NCBI GenBank assembly: GCA_910584405.1
Contig: CAJUAL010000007.1
Span: forward strand, 46,895 to 110,894
DNA: 64,000 nt
Direction: 5' to 3'
Source: an uncultured Vampirovibrio sp.
Lineage (GTDB): Bacteria > Cyanobacteriota > Vampirovibrionia > Gastranaerophilales > Gastranaerophilaceae
The notes beneath the pieces were generated by a model. It had not been told where the DNA came from. It was given only the letters and a program-made list of their open reading frames with translations, and ran no database searches. The translations under genes and the position numbers were made by a program. Positions 18,454-26,973 of the stretch are shown one piece after another (the stretch's first letter is position 1; the number at the start of each line of letters is the position of its first letter).

Positions 18454-20592
18454 TTATGCACTTTGATCAAATTTGAATGTTCTGTCAATGTTTTTTGTTA
18501 TTACTTGTTTGATAGAATCGTATTCTGTTTGTAATGATGTGTGTTCTGTGTCAATATTTTTCAATTGAACATCGTACATATTATCTTTTGTTTTAATATC
18601 GTTAATTGCTCTGTTGTATTCAGCTTCAGCTTTTGCAACAGCTTCGTCATCGGTAACTTCTGTAATTCTGGTACAAGTTTTATATTCAAGAGATTGCCAG
18701 TTGTAAGATTTATCAACTTGTTCCATTGTTACAAGTCCTGTTTCTAATGCGTATTCAATCCATTGTTGAGAAGATGCAAGACCGTTTTCAAGGGTTTTGT
18801 AACCTTTTTCCATTCTTTTATAAAGGTTAGTATACCATTGAGCTTTTGAATCGGCGTTGCCTGTATTTTGAGTGTCCATTTCATCAACCCAAGCGTATTT
18901 TGGTGTTCCGTATTTTGCAATAAGTGTATTTTCTATAATAAAAGTTTTGACTACGGTTTTGAAGTTTTCGGACATGAATGATGTTTCTTCTGTTAAATCA
19001 TTACCTGAAGCATCTTTACTGTTTTTTGCAAGCCATAAAACATATTCTTCGTTTGTTAAGCTATTCATTTTTACTGTTCCGTCATCAATAGCTTCTTCTA
19101 TATTCTTTGCTGTTGAATATCCGGTAATATTTCCATCATCATCAGTGATTGGGAATTGATATTGAGTAGTTGTATCTTTAAAAATTGTTTCTATGAATGC
19201 TTTTTTATAGTCGATACAATCTTCAACATATTTTATTACAGCAGGTGATAGTGATATTCCACTTATCTGACCGCGAATAATTGCTTCACCAAATTTTGAG
19301 TAATCAGTGTTTTCTTTTAAAATAGTTAAAAGTTTTTCATTAAGGTTTTGGATTTCACCTTTCATTGCTTCAGAATCTGAATATTTTTTTGTAATTGTAA
19401 TATTTTTTTCGGTATTAATTGTAGTGTCTGGATATGAAGCTTTAATTGTAGCAATAGGTGTTTTGGTTCCGTCATCTGCTACCCTGTTTTCTGTAATTTC
19501 AAAACTTTGTAAAAATTCTTTTAATGTTGGTTGTTTTGTATCTGCTTTAGCCGGTACAGTCCAAGAAGATTCACCTTCATCATTAAATGTAGGTGTTGAG
19601 TAAACGCCTGGAGATGTCTCATATTTAAGTGTAGAACTTAAATCTCCTGCATTAGAAGTTTTTATTTCTGTTACTCTGCCATCAGCATCCATTATGATGT
19701 TATAGTCTTCAAAAGTAAAGGTATAACCTCCTGCAGCATTTTGAGTTAAATTGCTTGTTTCTTTAACAATCAAGCTTCCGACAGAGAATGTATAGCTATT
19801 TAATAAGTCATGCATAGCTTTTCCTGCGCCACTTGTTGTATTGTTTAATCCTTCAACAAATTTTTGAGTTGTTGTGTTGTTGTAACTGTACTTATTAGTT
19901 GCATTACTATAAGCTGTTTTTAACTGAGATAAGTTCCATTGAGCTGTTTGCTCGTTTTTATACTCATATCCGCCGCTTGTTCTATTTTCGCCAGAACCAC
20001 TTGCTCCGAAATATTCTTCTAATGTTTTACTTAATGAGTGTGTAAGTGTATTTCTGGTTGAATTATAGTTACTGTAAGCTTTGTTATAGTTTTCAACTTC
20101 AACAGAATTTTCGTATGAACCGTATTCTTCATACCATTGTTGTAAAGTATCACTTGAAACATTATTAAATGGAGCAGGATAATCATTGTTTTCAATTCCG
20201 CCTGCTTCTTTAAAGTAGGTTGTTGTGTATTCTAAACCGTGAGCTTTTAAATATTTGTTCAAATCGCCGTTTGCATCTTTGAACATTTTAGCTTCAGCTT
20301 CACTTACTAATATTTGACCTGATGAATTTACAAGTCCGTATTGAGTATTATATGAGCTGTAAGCCATTAATGAATTATAGGTTAACGGCTGAGTTAAAGC
20401 TGCTCCTGTTTCATCATAGTTTGTGAATTTTAAGGTAGCGTTATTTAACGCATTAATGTAATTTTCACTTGCTTGAGAACTTTCTGTAGCAAGGCGCATT
20501 TTTGCATTATTAATGGTTTGAGATCTTAACTCGTTGTCTGAAAGACGAGCTGTTAGAGTTAATAATCTGGCTTGTGATGCTGCCATTCCCAT
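18454..20592 (-). CDS. Hypothetical 712-aa protein with conserved coiled-coil termini and an N/S/T/Y-rich central region
   Basis: N-terminal AASQARLLTLTARLSDNELRSQ and C-terminal heptad-like KDNMYDVQLKNIDTEHTSLQTEYDSIK. The middle is low-complexity and polar. This resembles the architecture of filament or surface-structure subunits but has no recognisable family motif. Confidence 0.55.
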   Translation of the reverse strand: MGMAASQARLLTLTARLSDNELRSQTINNAKMRLATESSQASENYINALNNATLKFTNYDETGAALTQPLTYNSLMAYSSYNTQYGLVNSSGQILVSEAEAKMFKDANGDLNKYLKAHGLEYTTTYFKEAGGIENNDYPAPFNNVSSDTLQQWYEEYGSYENSVEVENYNKAYSNYNSTRNTLTHSLSKTLEEYFGASGSGENRTSGGYEYKNEQTAQWNLSQLKTAYSNATNKYSYNNTTTQKFVEGLNNTTSGAGKAMHDLLNSYTFSVGSLIVKETSNLTQNAAGGYTFTFEDYNIIMDADGRVTEIKTSNAGDLSSTLKYETSPGVYSTPTFNDEGESSWTVPAKADTKQPTLKEFLQSFEITENRVADDGTKTPIATIKASYPDTTINTEKNITITKKYSDSEAMKGEIQNLNEKLLTILKENTDYSKFGEAIIRGQISGISLSPAVIKYVEDCIDYKKAFIETIFKDTTTQYQFPITDDDGNITGYSTAKNIEEAIDDGTVKMNSLTNEEYVLWLAKNSKDASGNDLTEETSFMSENFKTVVKTFIIENTLIAKYGTPKYAWVDEMDTQNTGNADSKAQWYTNLYKRMEKGYKTLENGLASSQQWIEYALETGLVTMEQVDKSYNWQSLEYKTCTRITEVTDDEAVAKAEAEYNRAINDIKTKDNMYDVQLKNIDTEHTSLQTEYDSIKQVITKNIDRTFKFDQSA

Positions 20593-20715
20593 AGTTTGCG
20601 TTATCCTTTCGTTTTCCTTAAAACTTTTCTTATTCTGTTTATCGGCATTTTTCCGTGAAACTTTAATATTTTGCGGGTATTTGTAAAGTTTTTGTTACAA
20701 TTAATTTTTGCAAAA

Positions 20716-20753
20716 GTAACGGGCAGAATTTTTAAAAATTCTGCCCGTTTATT
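20716..20753. terminator. Rho-independent terminator between the 120-aa gene and the 712-aa gene
   Basis: AACGGGCAGAATTTTTAAAAATTCTGCCCGTT perfect hairpin followed by T-rich sequence. Confidence 0.6.
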
Positions 20754-20786
20754 TATCATCCATCGTTAATTAAATCTAAATCACTA

Positions 20787-21149
20787 TTATCCGACTGAGG
20801 AAAATGAAGAACAAGATGCTCCGCTAAATGAGCCTCCGCCACAATCAAATCCGCCTGCTGAGAAGCCGCAATCTCCTCCAAGCATTGCAACTGCTGCGGA
20901 AAATTCACCCATAAATCCTGAGCTTTCACTGTCTGTAAAGTCGCAATTTGCATACATTGAATAATCAATTGCTGCAGGATTAGAAGAAATATATGTATCG
21001 TATTCGCCCATTGTTAACATGCTTTTTGCATCACTCAAGTTCATTGCTAAAATTCCTGAATTTTCAACCGGATGATTTTTAATATTATTAGTATTATTTG
21101 TTTTTGAACTTCTTGATTTTGCTGCTTTGTCGCCGAATAATAATATCAT
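20787..21149 (-). CDS. Hypothetical 120-aa protein with a Gly/Ser/Cys-rich C-terminal tail
   Basis: AGGAG RBS 9 nt upstream of the ATG. C-terminus GGDCGFSAGGFDCGGGSFSGASCSSFSSVG. Confidence 0.45.
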   Translation of the reverse strand: MILLFGDKAAKSRSSKTNNTNNIKNHPVENSGILAMNLSDAKSMLTMGEYDTYISSNPAAIDYSMYANCDFTDSESSGFMGEFSAAVAMLGGDCGFSAGGFDCGGGSFSGASCSSFSSVG

Positions 21150-21341
21150 TTTTAGCTCCTAATATCTCGTGCTCTTTACATCTATATAAAGGATTTTGTT
21201 TTTGGGTGATTTCAGCATGGTATATTTTCGTTACAATTCTTCATAATAATTTAGAACTTTAGGTTTACTCATCTAAACCCATGGGTTGATGTGTAATGCT
21301 TTGAATCAGTGTAGTATAAACGTGTTAGGGAGGGAGAAGAA

Positions 21342-21989
21342 ATGAAAAAGTTATTTTCAATATTCACATTCTTAATTGTGTTCTTATTTTCAACCAGCGT
21401 TGTGGAAGCTGCTGAAAATAGTTTACACACAATAACCTTAGAAAAAAATAATTCAGGATATAATATTATACTTGGTTCGGATAAAGTGGCAAAAGTTACG
21501 AAAAAAACACCGTCTGATGATGAACTTGTTATGACTTTGTATGGTGTAAGTTCTTCAGAAACAGTTAATGCTCTTTATAAAGGTACAAATAACATCAATA
21601 GTTTAATTATTGAAAATTCAGCTCCAAACAAGTTAAAAGTTTATATTAAAGCTGAAAATATTAAAGATTCTACGATTATGATTGAGCCGATAGTTGGCGA
21701 AACTACAATTGTTGCGGAATCTGTTCCTTTAGATAAAGTTCTTTGGGTAATGTTTGTTTTAGCTTTATTTGCTGTAATTTTCAAGGTTTCAAAAGATATT
21801 TCGGAAGATGAAGACAAAATTTTCATCAAAAAAGATATTAAAGATAGAGAAATCGAGTTGTATAAAAAGTATAAAAGCCAGAATTTCTCAACTGCACGCA
21901 TCTCTTCAAATTCTGATTTAAGAATGAAAAAGATGATTAAAAAAATTGACAGAAGAATTGACGACAGATTAACAGCTTCTATCAGATAA
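21342..21989 (+). CDS. Signal-peptide/TM protein with a possible AMIN-like beta domain
   Basis: Signal peptide, a ~110-aa extracytoplasmic domain, a TM segment (VLWVMFVLALFAVIF), and a charged cytoplasmic tail. Confidence 0.45.
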   Translation: MKKLFSIFTFLIVFLFSTSVVEAAENSLHTITLEKNNSGYNIILGSDKVAKVTKKTPSDDELVMTLYGVSSSETVNALYKGTNNINSLIIENSAPNKLKVYIKAENIKDSTIMIEPIVGETTIVAESVPLDKVLWVMFVLALFAVIFKVSKDISEDEDKIFIKKDIKDREIELYKKYKSQNFSTARISSNSDLRMKKMIKKIDRRIDDRLTASIR

Positions 21990-22069
21990 AGATTTAAACC
22001 TCAAAAACTTAAATATATCCCTAAAACATTTTATTTCAGGCAAGTATTTTTATACTTGCTTTTTATTAT

Positions 22070-23191
22070 TTATTTAAAGTATTCGTCAATAAGGTTTCTG
22101 ATAATAATTGAAGAATCGCCTTTACCATATGGATTTAAAGCTTTTAACCTTGTATCTTTTCGAGGTTTAGATAGAATTTCAGAAGCGTAAGATGTAATCT
22201 TATCGTATTCAGCACCTACAAGTACAGAAACTCCCGCATCAATTCCTTCTTGTCGTTCAGTTTCGTATCTCATTACAAGTGTTGGACAGCCAAATGAAGG
22301 TGCTTCTTCTTGGATTCCGCCAGAGTCTGTCAGAATAAGTTTTGCATTTTTCATTAAGTACACAAGATAAGGATAATCAAGCGGACTTAGAAGATATACA
22401 TTCTCAAATTCTCCGAGTTTTGAGTAAATTTTACATTTTACATTCGGATTCGGGTGAACAGGTATTACGAATTTATGGTCAGGATAAGTTTTTACAAGGT
22501 ATGTAAGCGCTTCAAGTATCCTGTCAATTCGCTCACCATGGTTCTCGCGCCTGTGTGCGGTAATAAGTACAAGCTTGTCATCAATCGGAATTTCTTTTGA
22601 TGCGAAAAATTCTTTTGCCTGTTCCATTGTGTTTTCTGATAAGCAGAAAAGTGCATCAATTACGGTATTTCCTGTAACATGAATTTTGTTTTCTGAAATA
22701 TCTTCTTGTAAAAGTGCTTTTTTATTTTTTTCTGTAGGCGCAAAGTGTAGTTCTGCAACGCGCGATGTCATTTGGCGCATAACTTCTTCCGGAAACGGTT
22801 CATATATATCGTATGAACGTAAACCTGCTTCTACGTGGAATACGGGAATTTTTCTGTAAAAACTTGTTAAAGCACCGCATAAAACCGTCATTGTGTCACC
22901 TTGAACGATTGTTGCATCAATTTTATTATCTTCAAACACTTTATCTAAAGATGTTAAAATTCTTGATTGGACTTCTGCTAATGTTTGATTGGGGCGCATG
23001 CAGTCAAGGTTTATATCTGCTTGTAATCCAAAATAACAAAGAGTTTGATTAGATAATTCTTTTTGCTGTTCTGTATTACAAATAATTACTCTGTATTTTT
23101 CAGGGTATTTTCTTAATTCAAGTATTATCGGAGCTAATTTTATAACTTCCGGTCGTGTTCCAAACACAAATAGTATATTCTTCTTATTCAT
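22070..23191 (-). CDS. wecB: UDP-N-acetylglucosamine 2-epimerase (non-hydrolysing)
   Basis: MNKKNILFVFGTRPEVIKLAPI... is the WecB/MnaA N-terminus. The start was chosen at this internal Met rather than the track start. Confidence 0.8.
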   Translation of the reverse strand: MNKKNILFVFGTRPEVIKLAPIILELRKYPEKYRVIICNTEQQKELSNQTLCYFGLQADINLDCMRPNQTLAEVQSRILTSLDKVFEDNKIDATIVQGDTMTVLCGALTSFYRKIPVFHVEAGLRSYDIYEPFPEEVMRQMTSRVAELHFAPTEKNKKALLQEDISENKIHVTGNTVIDALFCLSENTMEQAKEFFASKEIPIDDKLVLITAHRRENHGERIDRILEALTYLVKTYPDHKFVIPVHPNPNVKCKIYSKLGEFENVYLLSPLDYPYLVYLMKNAKLILTDSGGIQEEAPSFGCPTLVMRYETERQEGIDAGVSVLVGAEYDKITSYASEILSKPRKDTRLKALNPYGKGDSSIIIRNLIDEYFK

Positions 23192-23377
23192 AATTTGAAG
23201 TTTAGTATAAAAGTTATAAATTTGCAATTAGGGGTAAATAATAGCCGAAAATTACTTTTTATAACCCTTACAACATCGCAAATGTTTTGGATTATATTTA
23301 TTCTTTTGAGTATTTTCTATATGAATCTTACAAATTATCTTCCCGTCTAATTTATTTAATTCTCAATACTTTCTAAT

Positions 23378-23635
23378 ATGCACTTGAAGGAGATAATTAT
23401 GCTTGATTTATACATTCTGGAAACCTGTCCTTATTGCAGGAAGGTTATGAGTTTTCTATCTGAAAATAATATTAAATTTCATAAGTTTGAGGTTTCTAAT
23501 AAGGATAATATACAAAAGCTTCTTGTTTTAGGCGGGAAAGAGCAGGTTCCGTTCTTATTTGACGAGGATTCTAATATAAAAATGTATGAATCTGATGATA
23601 TTATTGAGTATTTGAAAAGTTTAAAACAGGTGTAA
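23378..23635 (+). CDS. Glutaredoxin-like protein
   Basis: LYILETCPYCRKV CPYC active site. 85 aa. Confidence 0.7.
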   Translation: MHLKEIIMLDLYILETCPYCRKVMSFLSENNIKFHKFEVSNKDNIQKLLVLGGKEQVPFLFDEDSNIKMYESDDIIEYLKSLKQV

Positions 23636-23637
23636 AT

Positions 23638-25257
23638 ATGAGTTATGGTTATAATGCAAGAAATTCACATATAGATGTAAACGAATGTACATCTCGCGGA
23701 GCATGTTCTATTTCTCCGTCTATATCAGCATTGTCAGAACTTGCAATGGTGTTTTTGCAGCATATTGCTTATTATGTAATAAAGCTGGAAAAACTTGGTG
23801 CAAGTAATGATAAATTAAAATTTGATATTATAAATGTTCTTGCAAGTTTTGTTTCGGTTAATGAATTTAGCGAAGAACAATTATTCGAGATTGTGCAGAA
23901 CGAATATTTTATGCTTGAAGATACCAAAAAAGCTTATAATGATTACTGCAAACGTGAAAATATCACATCTAAAGATTTAAAAGAAAAAATTCTATTTAAT
24001 GAAAAAACACTTGTTTCTAAGGCAATATCTATAGGTGAAAAAATCTTTTTAAGAAACTATAATACAAGAAGCAGTGAAGTTAAAAATCTGATAACAATTC
24101 TTGATATCGTTATTAAAAGTGTTAGTCTTAATATTATTAAACTTACGGATTTTAACGAATTTGATACAAAAGCTTACGATGAAGTGATTTTGACGCTTGA
24201 TTTATTTAACCACAGACCGCTCAGCAGTAAAAAAATTGCTGATAGTATTACTAATCTGGCAGATTTAGATAGCCGACTTCAATTAAAAATCAGTGATTTA
24301 CTGTTATCTTCATTTGGAGGAATTTCAGAAGTAGAAGTTTCTCACTCAAGTGAAAAAGGAAAAGCTATTCTTGTATCAGGGAACAATTTCTTTGACTTAT
24401 TAAAAGTTTTACGAGAAACAAAAGGGCAAGATGTTGATATTTATACACATTCTAACCTTTTAATCACACATTCGCTCAAAGTTTTTCATGAATTTGAACA
24501 TTTAAAAGGGCACTACGGGGATTCCACCGAGAATTGTATTCTGGATTTTGCAACCTTTCCGGGAGCCATTCTTCTAACCAAAAACTCAAAAAATAATACC
24601 GAATATTTGTACCGCGGAAGATTATTTTCAAACGATTATATTGTACCAAAAGGTGTAATTAAAATTGAAAATAATGATTATTCAGCATTGATAGAAGCTG
24701 CAAAAAACGCAAAAGGCTTTTCTAAAGGTAAAACAAAACCTGATACGTTATTAGGATATAATGAAGACGACTTAAATAAAAAATTTGATAAAATCATTGA
24801 AAAGTTGAATAACGGTAAAATAAAACGCTTATTTATCGTAGGAACAGACGCTCAGTTGCTTGTTCAAGAAGAGTATTTTAAAGAATTTTTTAATATGTTG
24901 AATGATGATGAATTTGTAATAAGTTTTTCATACGAATCATCAGGCGAAAACATTTTAACTATTCCAATCGGAAATTATATTCCGCTTGCGACAAACATTT
25001 TAATGAAATTTTTTGAGAAGTTTCCGATATCGGATAGTAAGATTATATTTATGTTTACAACCTGTGATGTTATGACTGTTTCAAATATAGTTAAATTAGA
25101 AAGTGTCGGCGCGCAAAATATTTACATGGCAAAGTGTTCACCAACCCTTGTTAATCCTGCTGTGTTTGAAACTTTTAGCAAGAAATACAATATTCATACC
25201 ACAGATGAACCGATTCGGGATTTGTCAGTAATACGCAATGAAAAAAGCACCCAATAA
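23638..25257 (+). CDS. Hybrid-cluster-protein (prismane/HCP) family paralog with degenerate cluster ligands
   Basis: GKAILVSGNNFFDLLKVLRETKGQDVDIYTHSNLL...HLKGHYGDSTENCILDFATFPGAILLTKN aligns closely with the HCP core ([35 protein letters not shown]...[29 protein letters not shown]). The N-terminal Cys cluster is reduced to two Cys, and the GGCDG motif is replaced by GTDAQ. Confidence 0.75.
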   Translation: MSYGYNARNSHIDVNECTSRGACSISPSISALSELAMVFLQHIAYYVIKLEKLGASNDKLKFDIINVLASFVSVNEFSEEQLFEIVQNEYFMLEDTKKAYNDYCKRENITSKDLKEKILFNEKTLVSKAISIGEKIFLRNYNTRSSEVKNLITILDIVIKSVSLNIIKLTDFNEFDTKAYDEVILTLDLFNHRPLSSKKIADSITNLADLDSRLQLKISDLLLSSFGGISEVEVSHSSEKGKAILVSGNNFFDLLKVLRETKGQDVDIYTHSNLLITHSLKVFHEFEHLKGHYGDSTENCILDFATFPGAILLTKNSKNNTEYLYRGRLFSNDYIVPKGVIKIENNDYSALIEAAKNAKGFSKGKTKPDTLLGYNEDDLNKKFDKIIEKLNNGKIKRLFIVGTDAQLLVQEEYFKEFFNMLNDDEFVISFSYESSGENILTIPIGNYIPLATNILMKFFEKFPISDSKIIFMFTTCDVMTVSNIVKLESVGAQNIYMAKCSPTLVNPAVFETFSKKYNIHTTDEPIRDLSVIRNEKSTQ

Positions 25258-25273
25258 ATATTGAGTGCTTTTC
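25244..25273. terminator. Bidirectional terminator between the HCP-like gene and rpsG
   Basis: AGCACCCAATAaatATTGAGTGCT hairpin flanked by A6 and T4. Confidence 0.55.
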
Positions 25274-25300
25274 TACTATTATTACCGACAAAATACCACT

Positions 25301-25377
25301 GTTGAACCGTCCTTGCGGAGCTCAATTACTTTGCAAAGAGCAATGCAATTGGTAGCATAATACCCGGTCCGGCGAGG
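25301..25377 (-). repeat. Copy B of a ~70-nt intergenic repeat, immediately 3' of the rpsG stop
   Basis: The reverse complement CGCCGGACCGGGTATTATGCTACCAATTGC...AGCTCCGCAAGG matches copy A at 26401-26472. The first 30 nt share 25/30 identities and the last 12 nt are identical. Confidence 0.7.
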
Positions 25378-25378
25378 A

Positions 25379-25849
25379 CTAATAGCGGTAATGAGCGAAA
25401 GCTTTGTTAGCTTCAGCCATTCTGTGGGTATCTTCACGTTTCTTGCAAGCTGCACCTTGTCCGTTTGAAGCATCAATCATTTCGTTAGTTAATTTATCGA
25501 TGAATGATTTACCGCCTCTTTTCTTAGCTGCTTCAATTAAAGCAGAAGAAGCAAGAGCAAAACCTCTGTCAGCTTTTACTTCGATAGGAACTTGGTAAGT
25601 AGAACCACCGATACGACGAGCTTTAACTTCCAAAAGCGGTGTAGCATTTGTCATAGCTTTTTGGAATAATTCAATCGGATCTTCATTAGTTCTTTCTTTA
25701 ATTCTTTCCATTGTTCCATAGAAAATCTTTTCAGCTAAAGATTTTTTACCACGGCGCATGATTCTGTTAATAAATTTAGAAACATCAACGCTGTTATATA
25801 CAGGATCTGCTAAAGGTATTCTTCTTGCAGGTTTAGAACGTCTTGACAT
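25379..25849 (-). CDS. rpsG: 30S ribosomal protein S7
   Basis: [20 protein letters not shown]...RIGGSTYQVPIEV...; the ATG overlaps the rpsL stop (TAATG). Confidence 0.95.
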   Translation of the reverse strand: MSRRSKPARRIPLADPVYNSVDVSKFINRIMRRGKKSLAEKIFYGTMERIKERTNEDPIELFQKAMTNATPLLEVKARRIGGSTYQVPIEVKADRGFALASSALIEAAKKRGGKSFIDKLTNEMIDASNGQGAACKKREDTHRMAEANKAFAHYRY

Positions 25850-26235
25850 TACTTCTTACCTCCCTTTGCATTTTTCTTAGCACCATATTTAGATCTGCTT
25901 TGAGTTCTGTTAGCAACACCTGCAGTATCTAAAGTACCGCGGACGATGTGGTAACGAACACCCGGTAAATCCTTAACACGACCGCCTCTTATAAGAACAA
26001 CACTGTGTTCTTGTAAGTTGTGACCGATACCCGGAATATATGAAGTAACTTCAAATCCGTTAGTTAATCTAACCCTTGCAACTTTTCTAAGTGCTGAGTT
26101 TGGTTTCTTAGGGGTTGTTGTATAAACCCTTGTACATACTCCACGTCTTTGAGGACAATTCATCAAAGCAGGAGATTTTGTTTTGTCTTGAAGCTTTTTA
26201 CGTTCAGAACGAACAAGCTGGTTAATAGTTGGCAT
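25849..26235 (-). CDS. rpsL: 30S ribosomal protein S12 (cyanobacterial-type sequence)
   Basis: [14 protein letters not shown]...[87 protein letters not shown]. The start was taken at the internal Met preceded by AAAAGGAGAAATT. Confidence 0.95.
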   Translation of the reverse strand: MPTINQLVRSERKKLQDKTKSPALMNCPQRRGVCTRVYTTTPKKPNSALRKVARVRLTNGFEVTSYIPGIGHNLQEHSVVLIRGGRVKDLPGVRYHIVRGTLDTAGVANRTQSRSKYGAKKNAKGGKK

Positions 26236-26400
26236 AATTTCTCCTTTTAATTTTACCAAATTGCACTGACTAAGCCTTCTTGGGAGCTTGTGCTTCGCGT
26301 CCCGGCTTTTACTTTTTATACCTACCGTCAAATCCAGCACGAAAATTTCGGCAAGTATACTACTATAAAACATCAAGCAGGGGGAAATGTCAAGGGTGCT

Positions 26401-26472
26401 CGCCGCACGGGGTATTCTGCTACAAATTGTAACTCCCTGAACTTTGGCAGCCCAGCTCCGCAAGGTACTTCG
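26401..26472 (+). repeat. Copy A of the ~70-nt intergenic repeat, in the rpsL 5' leader
   Basis: CGCCGCACGGGGTATTCTGCTACAAATTGT...AGCTCCGCAAGG. It is homologous to copy B in inverted orientation and partially to the element at 28084-28173. Confidence 0.7.
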
Positions 26473-26486
26473 TAGTAAAAAGTGTA

Positions 26487-26514
26487 GTCACTCTGAACTT
26501 GATTCAGAGTCTAT
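26487..26514. repeat. 28-nt hairpin repeat GTCACTCTGAACTTGATTCAGAGTCTAT (copy 1)
   Basis: Identical 28-mer at 28146-28173. Internal stem CTCTGAA/TTCAGAG. Confidence 0.75.
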
Positions 26515-26565
26515 AAATAAAAACAGGACAGACTCAGTGTCGAACACGGTGCGGTGTGCAATATT

Positions 26566-26973
26566 TTACTTTGCTGCGTAGTCTATAATTTTTGAAATCC
26601 CGAAAACTCTCGGGTATTTTCCGCAAATTGAGAATATAGCCATATAAATTATTAATCCGGACATAATGGCTTGAATCAAGGAATAAGGACCGATAAAAGG
26701 TCTGCTTAATAAAAATGCGATTTGTGCAGCTAAATAGTTTATGAACGGGATAATTGATAAAAATTTCAAGATTAAATCAAGCCCGCCCGCGATTACAAAA
26801 AATAATAATGAAATAAATATTGATTGAAAAACATTAAATCTTAAGAAACGGGAAGGTGATTTTTTTTGAAAATACAAAATAACAAGTATAATCATACCTG
26901 CCCAACCTGCTGTAAGATATGTTGCAGTACTGAATATTCTATCGAACCAACCGACAGAAACAGAATTTCTCAT
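26566..26973 (-). CDS. Tic20/DUF4870-like small membrane protein
   Basis: Four predicted TM segments. SRFLRFNVFQSIFISLLFFVI resembles the FVRFHA.Q motif of Tic20-like proteins. Coupled to the upstream TPR gene. Confidence 0.4.
   Translation of the reverse strand: MRNSVSVGWFDRIFSTATYLTAGWAGMIILVILYFQKKSPSRFLRFNVFQSIFISLLFFVIAGGLDLILKFLSIIPFINYLAAQIAFLLSRPFIGPYSLIQAIMSGLIIYMAIFSICGKYPRVFGISKIIDYAAK

Noticed and set aside
1331-19603. Numerous 60-110-aa antisense ORFs inside long genes (for example 1331-1543, 2747-2962, 5747-6055, 16540-16869, 17528-17861, 18541-19603 plus strand; 40464-40649, 43343-43612 minus)
   Set aside because: They are fully embedded opposite well-supported genes, have AT-rich low-complexity translations, and lack RBSs. 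They are typical shadow ORFs.
20787-21149. The 120-aa Gly/Ser/Cys-tailed ORF as a RiPP (microcin B17 / LAP-like) precursor
   Set aside because: No YcaO/cyclodehydratase, dehydrogenase, protease or ABC exporter genes are nearby, and the 'leader' would be unusually long. It is kept only as a low-complexity hypothetical protein.
5286-23265. The 16-mer TAGGGGTAAATAATAG shared downstream of yajQ (5286-5301) and near the wecB start (23249-23264)
   Set aside because: A single exact 16-mer in 64 kb of AT-rich DNA is within chance expectation. Neither copy has flanking similarity or structure.
25282-26475. Track ORFs 25282-25476 (minus, 64 aa) and 26290-26475 (plus, 61 aa), which translate to similar peptides (RRTGY.ATNC)
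   Set aside because: The similarity comes from the nucleotide repeat in the rpsL-rpsG UTRs. Both lie inside the leader and trailer of highly expressed ribosomal genes, have no RBS, and are out of context. They are treated as non-coding.
26236-26565. The GC-richer 330-nt region upstream of rpsL, considered as a possible RNA gene (RNase P RNA, SRP RNA, tmRNA or 6S)
   Set aside because: None of the universal motifs is present: no GGAAAGUCCGG / AGGGUGAAA for RNase P, no AGGUCCGGAAGGAAGCAGC for SRP, and no tRNA-like 3' end for tmRNA. It is better explained as a structured rpsL leader plus repeat elements.
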